From the NCBI GenBank assembly GCA_964016885.1, contig OZ024754.1, positions 12,586,001 through 12,650,000 of the forward strand: a stretch of 64,000 nt of DNA. Reading direction: 5' to 3'. The translations under genes and the position numbers were made by a program. Below the pieces are notes generated by a model. It did no database searches, was not told where the DNA came from, and saw only the letters and a program-made list of their open reading frames with translations. This document shows positions 1 through 13,215 of the stretch, piece after piece (position 1 is the stretch's first letter; the number at the start of each line of letters is the position of its first letter). The DNA comes from Eledone cirrhosa (lineage: Eukaryota).

Positions 1-147
1 CCACCAACCCACCACCCTTACCATTTATTTAGCCAACCTTGATGGCTGCCAACACCAATAACAACTTCAGAAGAAAAAAAATTAATTTGTTGGAAGAAGA
101 AAAAGGAAACGAAAATGCTGCTGCTTCTACTACTACTGGTACCACTG

Positions 148-178
<31 letters not shown>

Positions 179-360
179 CACCACCGTTGCTACTACTACT
201 ACTACTACCACCACTATTGCTGCTGCTACTACAACTACTACCACCACCACCATCACTACCACCACAACTACTACTACTACTACTACTACTGCCACTGCCA
301 CTGCTGTTACTAACAGTACTATTACTACTACTACCTCTACTAATAAAAATAATCAACTAA

Positions 361-590
361 TAATAATTGTTTCTACTTTAGGCGTCCGACCCTCTACCGA
401 TACTGCCAAAATAATTGTTTTTATTTTAGGCACAAGGCCAGCAATCATCCAGTACATTACTGGTACTTTATTTTATCGACCCCGTAAGGATGAAAGGCAA
501 AGTAAACCTCGGCGGGATTTGAACTCAGACCGTAAAGGGACGTAACTATGCTGGAAAGCATGGCGTCCGACTCTCTACCGATACTGCCAA
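361..590 (-). mobile_element. tRNA-derived SINE family A
   Basis: Reverse complement of tggcagtatcggtagag...gagttcaaatccc (A/B boxes) followed by ctttcatccttacggggtcgataaaataaagtacc. Confidence 0.85.
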
Positions 591-893
591 AATAATGATA
601 TATTAATTAATAGATAAAGAAACACAAAGAACATAAACAAATAAATATATAAATATATAAATATATAAATATATAAATAAAGAAACTAGAATCGTTGAAG
701 TTTCTGGAAGTTGGTCAAAGAATAATGAATGACATAATCCAGTTACGTGGGAGGCTGTTTGGGGAGTAACTGGCGTCACGAATTTGGTAAATCTATTGAA
801 ATTCTGTTACAGAAATTTCCTCTTCATTATTAGCAAGTCAGGAAAGTGAAAATTTGACAGGTGACTTTGAAGCTACTACAGATTCTCTTATCT

Positions 894-951
894 GTGTGTA
901 TATATAAGTATGTATATGTATGTGTGTGTAAGTATGTATATATGTGTGCGC

Positions 952-1000
<49 letters not shown>

Positions 1001-1266
1001 TATGTGTGTGTGCGTGCGCGTGTGTGTGTATAAGTATGTATATGTACGTGTGTGTGTGTGCGTGTGTGTATAAGTATGTATATGTATGTGTGTGTGTGTG
1101 TGTATAAGTATGTATATGTATGTGTGTATGTGTGCGTGCGTGTGTGTGTGTATATAAGTATGTATATGTATGTGTGTATGTGTGTGTGTATATAAGTATG
1201 TATATGTATGTGTGTATGTGTGTGTGCGTGTGTGTGTGTATATAAGTATGTATATGTATGTGTGTG

Positions 1267-1297
<31 letters not shown>

Positions 1298-2950
1298 ATA
1301 AGTATGTATATGTATGTGTGTGCGTGCGTGTGTGTGTGTATAAGTATGTATGTGTGTATGTGTGCGTGTGTGTGTGTGTGTGTATATAAGTATGTATATG
1401 TATGTTTGTGTATATATATATGTGCGTGTGTGTGTGTATATAAGTATGTATATGTATGTGTGCGTGTGTGCGTGTGTGTGTGTATATAAGTATGTATATG
1501 TATGTGTGTGTGTGTATATAAGTATGTATATGTATGTGTGTATGTGTGCGCGTGTGTGTGTATAAGTATGTATATGTGTGTGCGTGTGCATGTGTGTATA
1601 AGTATGCATATGTATGTGTGTATGTGTGTGTGTGTGTCTATATATATATGTGTGTGTATATATAAGTATGTATATGTTTGTGTGTGTATATATATGTGTG
1701 TGTATATATATGTGTGTGTATATAAGTATGTATATGTATGTGTGTATATATATGTGTGTGTATATAAGTATGTATATGTATATGTGTATGTGTGCGTGTG
1801 CGTGTGTGTGTGTGTGTATATAAGTGTGTATATGTATGTGTGTGCGTGAGTGTGTATATATATGTGTGTGTATGTATATAAGTATGCATATGTATGTGTG
1901 TGTGTGTGTGTATGTATATGTATGCGTGTATGCGTGTGTGTGTGTATATATAAGTATGTATATGTATATGTGAATGTGTGTGTATAAGTATGTATATGTA
2001 TGTGAATGTGTGCGTGTGTATAAGAATGTATATGTATGTGTGTATATATATGTGTGTATGTGTGTGTGTATAAGTATGTATGTGTGTATGTGTGTGCGTG
2101 TGTGTGTGTATATATTAAGTATGTATATGTATGTGTGTATGTGTGTGTGTGTGTGTGTGTATACATAAGTATGTATATGTATGTGTGTATGTGTGTGCGT
2201 GTATATATAAGTATGTATATGTATGTGTGTATGTGTGTGTATATGTATGTGTGTGTATATATATGTGTGTGTGTATATATAAGTATGTATATGTATGTGT
2301 GTATGTGTGTGTGTGTGTATAAGTATGAATATATATGTGTGTGTATATATATATGTGTGTGTGTGTATATATGTGTGTGTGTGTGTGTGTATAAGTATGT
2401 GTGTGTATGTGTGTGTGTGTATAAGTATGAATATGTATGTGTGCATATATATGTGTGTGTGTATATATAAGTATGAATATGTATGTGTGTGTGTATGTGT
2501 GTGTGTATATAAGTATGTATATGTATGTGTGTGTATGTGTGTATAAGTATGAATATGTATGTGTGTGTGTGTGTGTGTATAAGTATGAATATGTATGTGT
2601 GTGTGTGTGTGTGTATAAGTGTGTATATGTATGTGTGTATTTATATATATGTGGGTGTGTATGTATAAGTATGTGTGTGTATGTGTGTGTATAAGTATGA
2701 ATATGTATGTGTGTGTGTATAAGTATGAATATGTATATGTATGTGTGTATATATGTGTGTGTGTATATAAGTATGTATATGTATGAGTATATATATGTAT
2801 GTGTGTCTGTATAAGTGTGTATGTATGAATGTATATGTATACATACCTATATATGTGTATATAAGTATCTATGCATAATATATACATATATATATACACA
2901 ACGATACATAGACATACATACAAGAGGTGTGTATATATACGTACATATAT
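894..2950. repeat. Compound (TG/TA)n microsatellite punctuated by tataag
   Basis: Direct inspection. Confidence 0.97.
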
Positions 2951-3206
2951 ATGTTGATTTAAAACTGCACTATCCACAAGTGTGTTTTAACCTTCATATC
3001 ATGTCTTCCTGTTTTATCTGATGAAAACACAAATATTATTGCATGATGATGTTTGTTTTTGAAATGCGCATAATAAAATACATGGAACTCCTTTAACCAT
3101 CTTTTGATCTTATATTATGTATACTCCAGTCCTACAAACTGTAGAGTGCTTCTTATCCGATATCTGCATTGCTTTATTGTACTACAATAAAACTCACCTC
3201 CTACAT
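2951..3206 (+). mobile_element. ~255-bp hammerhead-bearing element (solo PLE pseudo-LTR or retrozyme-like) in a TA tract
   Basis: A near-identical rearranged copy lies at 8654-8970. Both end ...aaaactcacctcctaca(TA)n. Confidence 0.75.
3010..3080 (+). ncRNA. Minimal type-I hammerhead ribozyme
   Basis: tgttttat-CTGATGA-[16-bp stem II, loop gcat]-GAAA-tgcgca-TA-ataaaata. Stem I is 8 bp, stem III is palindromic, and the cleavage triplet is AUA. Confidence 0.85.
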
Positions 3207-3407
3207 ATATATATATATATGCTTTTAATGGCCTTATAAGGGAATCAGCTGGGACTTGGGTGGTGGTGGTGGTGGTGTGTTTTGTGTTGATGTTTGAGAA
3301 AGATGGTAGTGTGGTAGGGTAGTGTGGTGAGCTGTTTGTGTTAGTCTTTGTATTGATGGTGGTAGTGGTGGTGGGGGGTGGGGTTGATGGGGGGGGTTTG
3401 TGTGTTG

Positions 3408-4714
3408 TGGTGTTGGTGATGGTATTGACAGAGGGTGCTGGTATGGATGGTAGGGAGATGTTAGCTGTGGTGTGGTGGTGGTGGTGGTGTTAGTGGTGTT
3501 GGTGATGGTATTGACAGAGGGTGCTGGTATGGATGGTAGGGAGATGTTAGCTGTGGTGGTGGTGGTGGTGGTGGTGGTGGTGTTAGTGGTGTTGGTGATG
3601 GTATTGACAGGGTGCTGGTATGGATGGTAGGGAGATGTTAGCTGTGGTGTGGTGGTGGTGGTGGTGGTGTTAGTGGTGTTGGTGATGGTATTGACAGGGT
3701 GCTGGTATGGATGGTAGGGAGATGTTAGCTGTGGTGTGGTGGTGGTGGTGGTGTTAGTGGTGTTGGTGATGGTATTGACAGGGTGATGGTATGGATGGTA
3801 GGGAGATGTTAGCTGTGGTGTGGTGGTGGTGGTGGTGGTGTTAGTGGTGTTGGTGATGGTATTGACAGGGTGCTGGTATGGATGGTAGGGAGATGTTAGC
3901 TGTGGTGTGGTGGTGGTGGTGTTAGTGGTGTTGGTGATGGTATTGACAGGGTGCTGGTATGGATGGTAGGGAGATGTTAGCTGTGGTGTGGTGGTGGTGG
4001 TGGTGTTAGTGGTGTTGGTGATGGTATTGACAGGGTGATGGTATGGATGGTAGGGAGATGTTAGCTGTGGTGTGGTGGTGGTGGTGGTGGTGGTGGTGTT
4101 GGTGATGGTATTGACAGGGTGCTGGTATGGATGGTAGGGAGATGTTAGCTGTGGTGTGGTGGTGGTGGTGTTAGTGGTGTTGGTGATGGTATTGACAGAG
4201 GGTGCTGGTATGGATGGTAGGGAGATGTTAGCTGTGGTGTGGTGGTGGTGGTGGTGTTAGTGGTGTTGGTGATGGTATTGACAGGGTGCTGGTATGGATG
4301 GTAGGGAGATGTTAGCTGTGGTGGTGGTGGTGGTGGTGGTGTTAGTGGTGTTGGTGATGGTATTGACAGGGTGCTGGTATGGATGGTAGGGAGATGTTAG
4401 CTGTGGTGTGGTGGTGGTGGTGGTGTTAGTGGTGTTGGTGATGGTATTGACAGGGTGCTGGTATGGATGGTAGGGAGATGTTAGCTGTGGTGTGGTGGTG
4501 GTGGTGTTAGTGGTGTTGGTGATGGTATTGACAGGGTGCTGGTATGGATGGTAGGGAGATGTTAGCTGTGGTGTGGTGGTGGTGGTGTTAGTGGTGTTGG
4601 TGATGGTATTGACAGGGTGCTGGTATGGATGGTAGGGAGATGTTAGCTGTGGTGTGGTGGTGGTGGTGTTAGTGGTGTTGGTGATGGTATTGACAGGGTG
4701 CTGGTATGGATGGT
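3408..4714. repeat. G/T-rich minisatellite, ~72-80 bp unit with variable (GGT)n, ~17 copies
   Basis: Constant ggtgttggtgatggtattgacagggtgctggtatggatggtagggagatgttagctgt plus a variable GGT run. Confidence 0.95.
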
Positions 4715-5194
4715 ATATATCTTATGCATATAGGATATGTATCTATATGAATGTGTGTGTTTATACAATATTTATGCATATATACTTATATACAATTCTA
4801 TAGGTATGCATGCATAAATACTAATATATATACACACACACATACACATACATACACACACACATATATATATGTGATGGGAGAATCTCAACTTCAAAGA
4901 ATGACACCTCTTTATCAGGGTGACCATGGCCCTTTGTGTGCTTTCCACATGAGTGACCCTTTTTCAGGGTGACCATGGCCCTTTGTGTGCTTTCCACATG
5001 AGTGACCCCCTTGTTTCTTCCTATTGGGAAATTTGTTTTTTTTAGAATTTCTACTGTTTTCATTGTTTTTGTTATAATTTTTTTTTTACATACAACCGCC
5101 CCCCCCCCCGCTCTACTGTATTGTCCTCCATCTTTAATGACTTCTTGACGTGAGTCCAGTGTGGCTAATCAAAGAAATCATAATCTGTTATTAT

Positions 5195-5932
5195 TATGCT
5201 TAGCGGCATAGAGTTACGGCCCTTTATGGTCTGAGTTCAAATCCCGCCGAGGTTAACTTTGCCTTTCATCCTTTACGAGGTCGATAAAATAAAGTACCGG
5301 TAATACACTGGGATAATTGCTGGCCTTGTGCCAAAAGTAGAAACAATTATTACTATGCTTAGTGGCATAGAGTTACGGCCCTTTATGATCTGAGTTCAAA
5401 TCCCACTGAGATTAACTTTGCCTTTCATCCTTACAGGGGCAATAAAATAAACTACCAGCCACGCACTGGGGTCAATTTAATCAACTTCCCCTCCCCCCCA
5501 AATTGCTGGCCTTGTGCCTATATAAGAAACCATTATTATGCTTTGAGGGCGGAGGATTGGCAGAATCGGTAGAGGGTCGGACGCCATGCTTTGACGCATA
5601 GAGTTACGGCCCTTGCCATTCTGAGTTCAAATTCCGCCGAGGTTAACTTTGCCTTTCATCCTTTCGGGGTCGATAAAATAAAGTACCAGTAATGCACTGG
5701 GGTTATTGCTGGCCTTGTGCCAAATGTAGAAACAATTATTATGCTTTGTAAAATAGAGTTATGACCCTTGCAGCTTAGAGAACATTCTCAGTTCAGATCC
5801 CGGTGAGGTTAGCTTTGCCTTTTATCCTCCTTACAGGGTTGATAAAATAAAGTACCAGTAATGCACTGGGGTCAATTTAATTGACTTTCCTATCCCCCAA
5901 AATTGCTGGCCTTGTGCCGATAGTAGAAATCA
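5195..5932 (+). mobile_element. Cluster of four head-to-tail SINE-A copies
   Basis: Repeated gagttca.atc/tcc...ctt.catcc...gataaaataaagtacc...gtagaaac units. Confidence 0.85.
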
Positions 5933-6238
5933 TTTCATTTTACGTCCGCTTTTCCCTGCTTGCAAGGGTGGGACGGGAACTGATTCTGGCTTGATTTCTA
6001 CAGCTGGATGCCCTTCCTAACACCAACCTCATTTACAGTGAGTGCTGGGTGCTTTTTTGTCGTGGCACCTCCACGACCACTTTGCAGTGGAATGATAGGG
6101 ACCCCGGTCCCTATCATCTTATTTCTACAGCTGAGTAAACTGGAGCAATGTGAAATAAAGTGTCTTGATCAAGTGTCTTGCTCAAGGAAACAACACATCA
6201 CCCAGATTGCAAGGCCAATGCTCTATGTGCCTCCACAT
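5933..6238 (-). mobile_element. SINE family B (internally deleted)
   Basis: Family match including tail and head remnants. Confidence 0.8.
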
Positions 6239-6356
6239 AGTAGAAATCATTAATCCCGTCGAGGTTAACTTTGGCTTTCATCTTTACGGGGGTCGATAAA
6301 ATAAAGTACCAGTAATGCACTGGGTAATTGCTGGCCTTGTGCCGAAAGTAGAAACA

Positions 6357-6398
<42 letters not shown>

Positions 6399-6727
6399 CA
6401 CCAGGAAAGAAGACATGAAGGTCATGAGAAAAACAAAACATAAATCACAAACAGAGAGAAGTGCTCATTGAAAAAGCAATGCTCACTGCAACCTCCATAT
6501 CTTAGTAATCTACATAGCCAGAAGGTAGTTGGTAAATTCACAAAAATTACAGCAGGATTTCACAGGTGACCACATGAATATATATATATCTGGTCACCTG
6601 TCAAATCCAAATATATATATATATATATATTTTTTTTTTCTAGTCATATGCTTGGTGCTCACCGATCTGTCTAGCTCGTTTGTCTACCAGCATATCATGC
6701 AAAAAAGATTATACATCTCGTATGTAG

Positions 6728-6799
6728 TTTGTCTGAAGAGGACATGTTTTGGTTTATATTATACATAAAACTTTGCATCTTCGAAATATATATAATAAA
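6728..6799 (+). ncRNA. Minimal type-I hammerhead ribozyme, partly eroded stem II
   Basis: tttgt-CTGAAGA-gga...ttc-GAAA-tatata-TA-ataaa, with a palindromic stem III. Confidence 0.65.
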
Positions 6800-6858
6800 A
6801 TAAAGTTGATATAAAGTATATATCTTTCGTATATATATATATTGTATATATATATACA

Positions 6859-6932
6859 TATTTTATCTGATGAACGAAACAGACATTTCTGTTAGAATTG
6901 TCTAACTTCGAGAAACCTTGGGTAATGGAATA
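6859..6932 (+). ncRNA. Minimal type-I hammerhead ribozyme
   Basis: tattttat-CTGATGA-acgaa..agaca..tgtct..ttcga-GAAA-cc ttg gg-TA-atggaata. Stem I is 8 bp with two G.U pairs and the triplet is GUA. The first stem-II pair is mismatched here but is T in the paralogue at 22.3 kb. Confidence 0.7.
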
Positions 6933-7010
6933 ATTATATTATATTGTTTATTACATATTGAAACACACACACACACATATATATAAATGGACATTATTAT
7001 TATTAATATA

Positions 7011-7400
7011 GGGCGGTGGATTGGCAGTATCGGTAGAGGGTCTGACGCTATGCTTTGCAGCAAAGAGTTACGCCCCTTTATGGTTTGAGTTCAAATCCCG
7101 CCGAGGTTAACTTTGCCTTTCATCCTTACGGGGTCGATAAAATAAAGTACCAGTAATGCACTGGATAATTGCTGGCCTTGTGCCAAAAGTAGAAACAATT
7201 ATTATTATTAATATTATTGGATTGGCAGTATTAGTAGAGGGTCGGACGCCATGCTTTTTCGCATAGAGTTACGGCCCTTATCATTCTGGGTTCAAATCCC
7301 GCTGAAGTTAACTTTGCCTGTCATCCTTACGGGGTCAATAAAATTAAGTACCAGTAATGTACTGGGTAATTGCTGGCCTTGTGCCAAAAGTAGAAACAAT
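7011..7400 (+). mobile_element. Two tandem SINE-A copies
   Basis: A full-length copy at 7011-7200 (gggcggtggattggcag...) and a second at 7218-7400, both with (ATT)n tails. Confidence 0.88.
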
Positions 7401-8653
7401 TATTATTAATATTATTATTATTATTCTCTACATTCCTTACATCAAATTAAAATATGTTGACAATCTTTTAATAATGTCTTCCTTGTGAAATTTGTGGTCT
7501 TGTTTTGCTTAACTAATGAATATATATATATATATTCTCTCTCTCTTACTGCTCCCTCGTTCTCTATGTTTCTCCTACTTTCTTTCGCCCCCTCTGTCAT
7601 GTCAGTTAACTCTTCCTCACACTTCCACTCACTCACTCACTGTTTCTCCTCTTCTCACTTCACCCCGTTCGTGACGAAAACATTTTCTCTCTTTCTCACA
7701 TTTGGATTCGTTCCCGAAAGGTCTTTTTTCTAAGCGCTCATATATTCACCTAGCTTATGCTAACAGAATAACTATGAAGCTTGTTCCCTTCCTTCTACGG
7801 TTAGCTCTCCTCTTTGTTGTTATCTTGTCTCACTCGCTTTACGCGTTTTAATTGTCCTAATAACTTAATTTAGTTATTATTGCACCGACGTGAGGTATAT
7901 GATTTTTAATGCAATGAAATATCTATGATCGTCGGCAAATCACTGATGAGGGACTTATTTTATTACATGTTATCCATGTGCAACCTGCAGTATTCTTCTC
8001 CCCATTTTTTCACACATATATATATATATATATAATACATTATGAAGAGAGAAGAAACCTCACAAAAACTCTATATCTCTGTGATGTAGTGTTTTTGCAT
8101 AATATGCCGCGAAACTACGTAGTCGGGGACTAAAGAAGCAGTTTGGGTATGATATATCTTATTATTAATTATATCTAATGTTTCTTCTCTCTTCATAATG
8201 TATTATATAGCTCTGATACTGAATCAATCTAATCCATTCGGATTGGTTTGTCCCAGTTATTCATAGAGCAACATCGGTTGAGGTTGGTACCACTAACTCA
8301 GGGATATATGTGAATATATTCATGTGTATGTATGTGTCCGCATGTATCTGTGTGTTTCTCTCTATATATTGTATATTGTATATATATATATAATCGAGCA
8401 ACGATGGTTGCTAGACACTACGGCTTAATACGGGATGTTTGTTTACAAACACACCGAGCATTATAATAAATGTTCGGTGAATCCATACGTGCATATATAT
8501 ATGTGTGCATGTATGTATATATATATACATACTACTGTACGTCTGTATACATATATGTATGTACGTGTACATACTTATATTTAAGTAACAGCCGTACTAA
8601 GAGTGGGAAATGAAATTTCGTTTCATTTTTTCCGTTTATATATATATATATTT

Positions 8654-8966
8654 ATAATATATAAGATCAAAAGATGGTTAAATGAGTTCCATGTATTTTA
8701 TTATGCGCATTTCAAAAACAAATATCATCATGCAATAACATTTGTGTTTTCATCAGATAAAATAGGAGGACATGATATGAAGGTTAAAAACACTTGTGGA
8801 TAGTGCAGTTTTAAATCAACATTGAAATGCGCATAATAAAATACATGGAACTCATTTAACCATCTTTTGATCTTATATATTATGTATACTCCAGTCCCAC
8901 AAATTGTGGAGTGCTTCTTATCCGATATCTGCATTGCTTTATTGTACTACAATAAAACTCACCTCC

Positions 8967-8970
<4 letters not shown>
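8654..8970. mobile_element. Second copy of the 2951 element, with an inverted 5' part and a forward 3' part
   Basis: 8654-8822 is the reverse complement of the first two-thirds of the element. 8823-8970 restarts forward at tgaaatgcgcata. Confidence 0.8.
8694..8764 (-). ncRNA. Minimal type-I hammerhead ribozyme (second copy of the 3010 family)
   Basis: The reverse complement reads tattttat-CTGATGA-stem II-GAAA-tgcgca-TA-ataaaata, with a perfect 8-bp stem I. Confidence 0.85.
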
Positions 8971-9011
<41 letters not shown>

Positions 9012-9450
9012 CCTTCTGAATACAAACATTATGCCATTCACCATATAACAGTACATTAACTCTTAATATGGTAAATATTCCGACTAGGGTTGACGAACTT
9101 TGTTTCAAGGGTGAAGTTGAAGGATTTCACTGGGGTGATTATTATTAGGTTGAAACATTTAAAAAATTTTTTTACACTGTTTTATTAGACATTGTTGTTG
9201 TTTTTTTGACATTGACTTTAAGATGCTAATGTTAAATTGATATAAGGCTGTTAATGTTGGGCAAACAATTTATGTTGTATACAAGACTACATTTTTTTTT
9301 TTTCTTATCATATAGGTGTGTGGGGGTGGGGTGAAATTGTGATGGTGAGAAATACAGATGAAAGGTTAAGAAAGACTGTGATAGAGCAGGAGAGAACATA
9401 GTGAAAGGAAAAATCAATAACTAGCATTGCAGAAAAATGAAGATCCATAT

Positions 9451-9484
<34 letters not shown>

Positions 9485-10340
9485 CCACTACCACCACTAT
9501 CATCATCATAACCACTACCACCACTATCATCATCATCATCATAAACACTACTACCACCATCATCATCATCATTATTGTCATCACCATCACCACCACCACT
9601 ATCATCATCATTATCATCATCATCATCATCATTATTGTCATCACCACCACCACCACTATCATCATCATTATCATCATCATCATCACCATCATTGTCACCA
9701 CCACCACCACCACTATCATCATCATTATCATCATCATCATCATCATCATCATCATTGTCATCACCACCACCACCACCACTATCATCATCATTATCATCAT
9801 CATCATCATCACCATCATTGTCATCACCATCACCACCACCACTATCATCATCATTATCATCATCATCATCATCACCACCATTGTCATCACCACCACCACC
9901 ACCACTATCATCATCATTATCATCATCATCATCATCATCATCATTGTCATCACCATCACCACCACCACTATCATCATCATTATCATCATCATCATCATCA
10001 CCATCATTGTCATCACCACCACCACCACCACCACCACTATCATCATCATTATCATCATCATCATCATCATCACCATCATTGTCATCACCACCACCACCAC
10101 CACCACCACCACTATCATCATCATTATCATTACCATCATCATCATTATTATTGTCATCACCATCATCATCATCATCATCATCATCATCATTGTCGTCACC
10201 ACCACCACTATCATCATCATTATCATCATCACCATCACCATCACCATCATCATCATCATCATCATTGTCACCACCACCACCACTATCATCATCACCATCA
10301 CCATCATCACCATCATCACCATCACCATCATCATGTTCAT
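9451..10340. repeat. (CAT)/(CAC) compound trinucleotide array
   Basis: Direct inspection. Confidence 0.97.
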
Positions 10341-10589
10341 CTTCTGTATTTTGTCATTCCATGTTTTAATAGGTTAAATGGGTCCCAAAGTGTTTTATCA
10401 TTTTTACAGTGAGGACTCGGTATATATAATCATGTCACCAGCATGACTAAAATGCCCTTTCTACCTTGTAACAGTTTTTCTTTGGAGTTCCTGTCCTCCT
10501 AGATGGGTTGCCTGTCATGTAGCCTGAGAAGTTGACATCTTCATGATTTCTTTCCTTTTTTGGACATGAATTTCCCATAATTACAAACA

Positions 10590-10870
10590 TGTGTGTATGT
10601 ATGTGTGTATGTGTGTGTGTGTGAGTGCTTGTGTGTGTATGTGTGTGTGTGTGTGTGTGTGAGTACTTGTGTGTGTGTGTATGTGTGTGTGTGTGTGTGA
10701 GTGCTTGTGTGTGTGTGTATGTGTATGTGTGTGTGTGTGAGTGCTTGTGTGTATGTGTGTGTGTGTGAGTGCTTGTGTGTGTGTGTATGTGTGTGTGTGT
10801 GTGAGTGCTTGTGTGTGTGTGTATGTGTGTGTGTGTGTGTGTGTGTATGTGTGTGTGTGTGAGTGCTTGT

Positions 10871-10909
<39 letters not shown>

Positions 10910-10988
10910 TGCTTGTGTGTGTGTGTATGTGTGTGTGTGTGTGTGTGAGTGCTTGTGTGTGTGTGTATGTGTGTGTGTGTGTGAGTGC

Positions 10989-11021
<33 letters not shown>

Positions 11022-11600
11022 TGCTTGTGTGTGTATGTGTGTATGTGTGTGTGTGTGAGTGCTTGTGTGTGTGTGTGTATGTGTGTGTGTGTGTGAGTGC
11101 TTGTGTGTGTGTGTATGTGTGTGTGTGTGTGTGTGAGTGCTTGTGTGTGTGTGTATGTGTATGTGTGTGTGTGTGAGTGCTTGTGTGTATGTGTGTGTGT
11201 GTGTGTGTGTGTGAGTGCTTGTGTGTGTGTGTATGTGTGTGTGTGTGTGTGAGTGCTTGTGTGTGTGTGTATGTGTGTGTGTGTGTGTGAGTGCTTGTGT
11301 GTGTGTGTATGTGTGTGTGTGTGAGTGCTTGTGTGTGTATGTGTGTATGTGTGAGTGCTTGTGTGTGTATGTGTGTATGTGTGTGTGTGAGTGCTTGTGT
11401 GTGTGTGTATGTATGTGTGTGTGTGTGAGTGCTTGTGTGTGTGTGTATGTGTGTGTGTGTGTGTGAGTGCTTGTGTGTGTGTGTGTATGTGTGTGTGTGT
11501 GTGTGAGTGCTTGTGTGTGTGTGTGTGTGTGAGTGCTTGTGTGTGTGTGTGTGTGTGTGTGTGAGTGATTGTGTGTGTGTGTGTATGTGTGTGTGTGCGC
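10590..11600. repeat. (TG)n array punctuated by gagtgctt
   Basis: Direct inspection. Confidence 0.97.
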
Positions 11601-12178
11601 GTGCATGTGCACGCACGCTTGTATGGTTGTGTATCCTTGTGTGTATACATTATATTTCCATAATAATTATGAGTGTGTGATGAAATAACTGCTTGGAAAT
11701 GGGAAATGGGAAATTGTGACGTTTATGCATTTTTCGGAGGGGATATCTAGTAAACAGATGGCCAAAAGTCAATCAATTCTGAGTAATGATGGAATCAGAA
11801 TTTCTTTATATGTGTGTGTGTGTGCTACATTTAACCTTCCATATTTTATTGAAATCTCCTATAAAACTGGCAAACCAGAAATATCGATTTGATTGGTCAC
11901 CATTCACCAAGGATATTTATCATTCACCTGACAAATATTTATTCAGTAGAATGCCACATGAAAGTGAGAAAAGACAAAGAAAAGAAAGAAAAAGGAACAT
12001 TATTACTGAAATATAATCCATTTTCTTGCTTACAGTCTATGCTAAACAATACTAGTTCTTTTTTTTTTATATTTATATCCCACCCATATTTTTCATTTAT
12101 TTATATATTTTATGATAAACTTTTTCTTACTTTATTACCTGCCTAGCATTTTTTTTTACTTTTTGATATATTTGGAAA

Positions 12179-12179
<1 letters not shown>

Positions 12180-12230
<51 letters not shown>

Positions 12231-12893
12231 GATGACCCTCCTAAAGTATAACAATATATATATATATACCTATATATATAGGTATATATACCTATATATA
12301 TATATACCTATATATATATATATATACCTATATATATATATATAGGTATACCTATATATATATATACCTATATATATATATATATATACCTATATATATA
12401 TATATACCTATATATATTTATATATATATACCTATATATACCTATATATATATATATATATACCTATATATACCTATATATATATATATATATATATACC
12501 TATATATTCCTATATATATATATATACCTATATATTCCTATCATCATCATTTCATCATCATTTTATTTTACGTCCACTTTTTCCCTGCTTGCAAGGGTGG
12601 GACGGGAACTGATTCTGGCTTGATTTCTACAGCTGGATGCCCTTCGTAACACCAACATCATTTGCAGTGAGTGCTGGGTGCTTTTTTGCCGTGGCACCTC
12701 CACGACCACTTTGCAGTGGAATGATAGGGACCCCAGTCCTTATCATCTCATTTCTACAGCTGAGTAAACTGGAGCAATGTGAAATAAAGTTTCTTGCTCA
12801 AGGAAACAACACATCACTCAGTCTGAGAATTGAACTCACAACCTTTCGATTGCAAGCCCAATGCTCTAACCACTAAGCCATGTGCCTCCATGT

Positions 12894-12929
<36 letters not shown>

Positions 12930-12990
12930 CCAATTATTTCTTCGCATATATATATATATATATATACCTATATATATATATATATATATA

Positions 12991-13063
<73 letters not shown>

Positions 13064-13215
13064 ATATATATATATATATATTTATATAGATATATATATA
13101 TATATACCTATATATATATCTATATATATATATACACCTATATATATATACCTATACATATCTATATATATATATATATAAATGTGTGTGTGTATGTATA
13201 TATATATATATATAT
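12180..13215. repeat. (TA)n tracts punctuated by cc, hosting a SINE-B
   Basis: Direct inspection. Confidence 0.9.
12541..12889 (-). mobile_element. tRNA-derived SINE family B, full length
   Basis: Head ggaggcacatggcttagtggttagagc...gtgagttcaattc (A/B boxes), central ggaagggcatccagctgtagaaa-type motif, RTE-derived tail and (GAT)n. Confidence 0.9.

Noticed and set aside
7915-7960. gaaa...tgat/atca-CTGATGA as a permuted hammerhead
   Set aside because: Stems II and III do not pair.
10465-10578. Possible first exon MGNSCPKKERN...CYK|gtag on the minus strand
   Set aside because: Weak donor and no recognisable domain. The plus strand carries ctcctagatgggttgcc, resembling the retroelement motif at ~49828.
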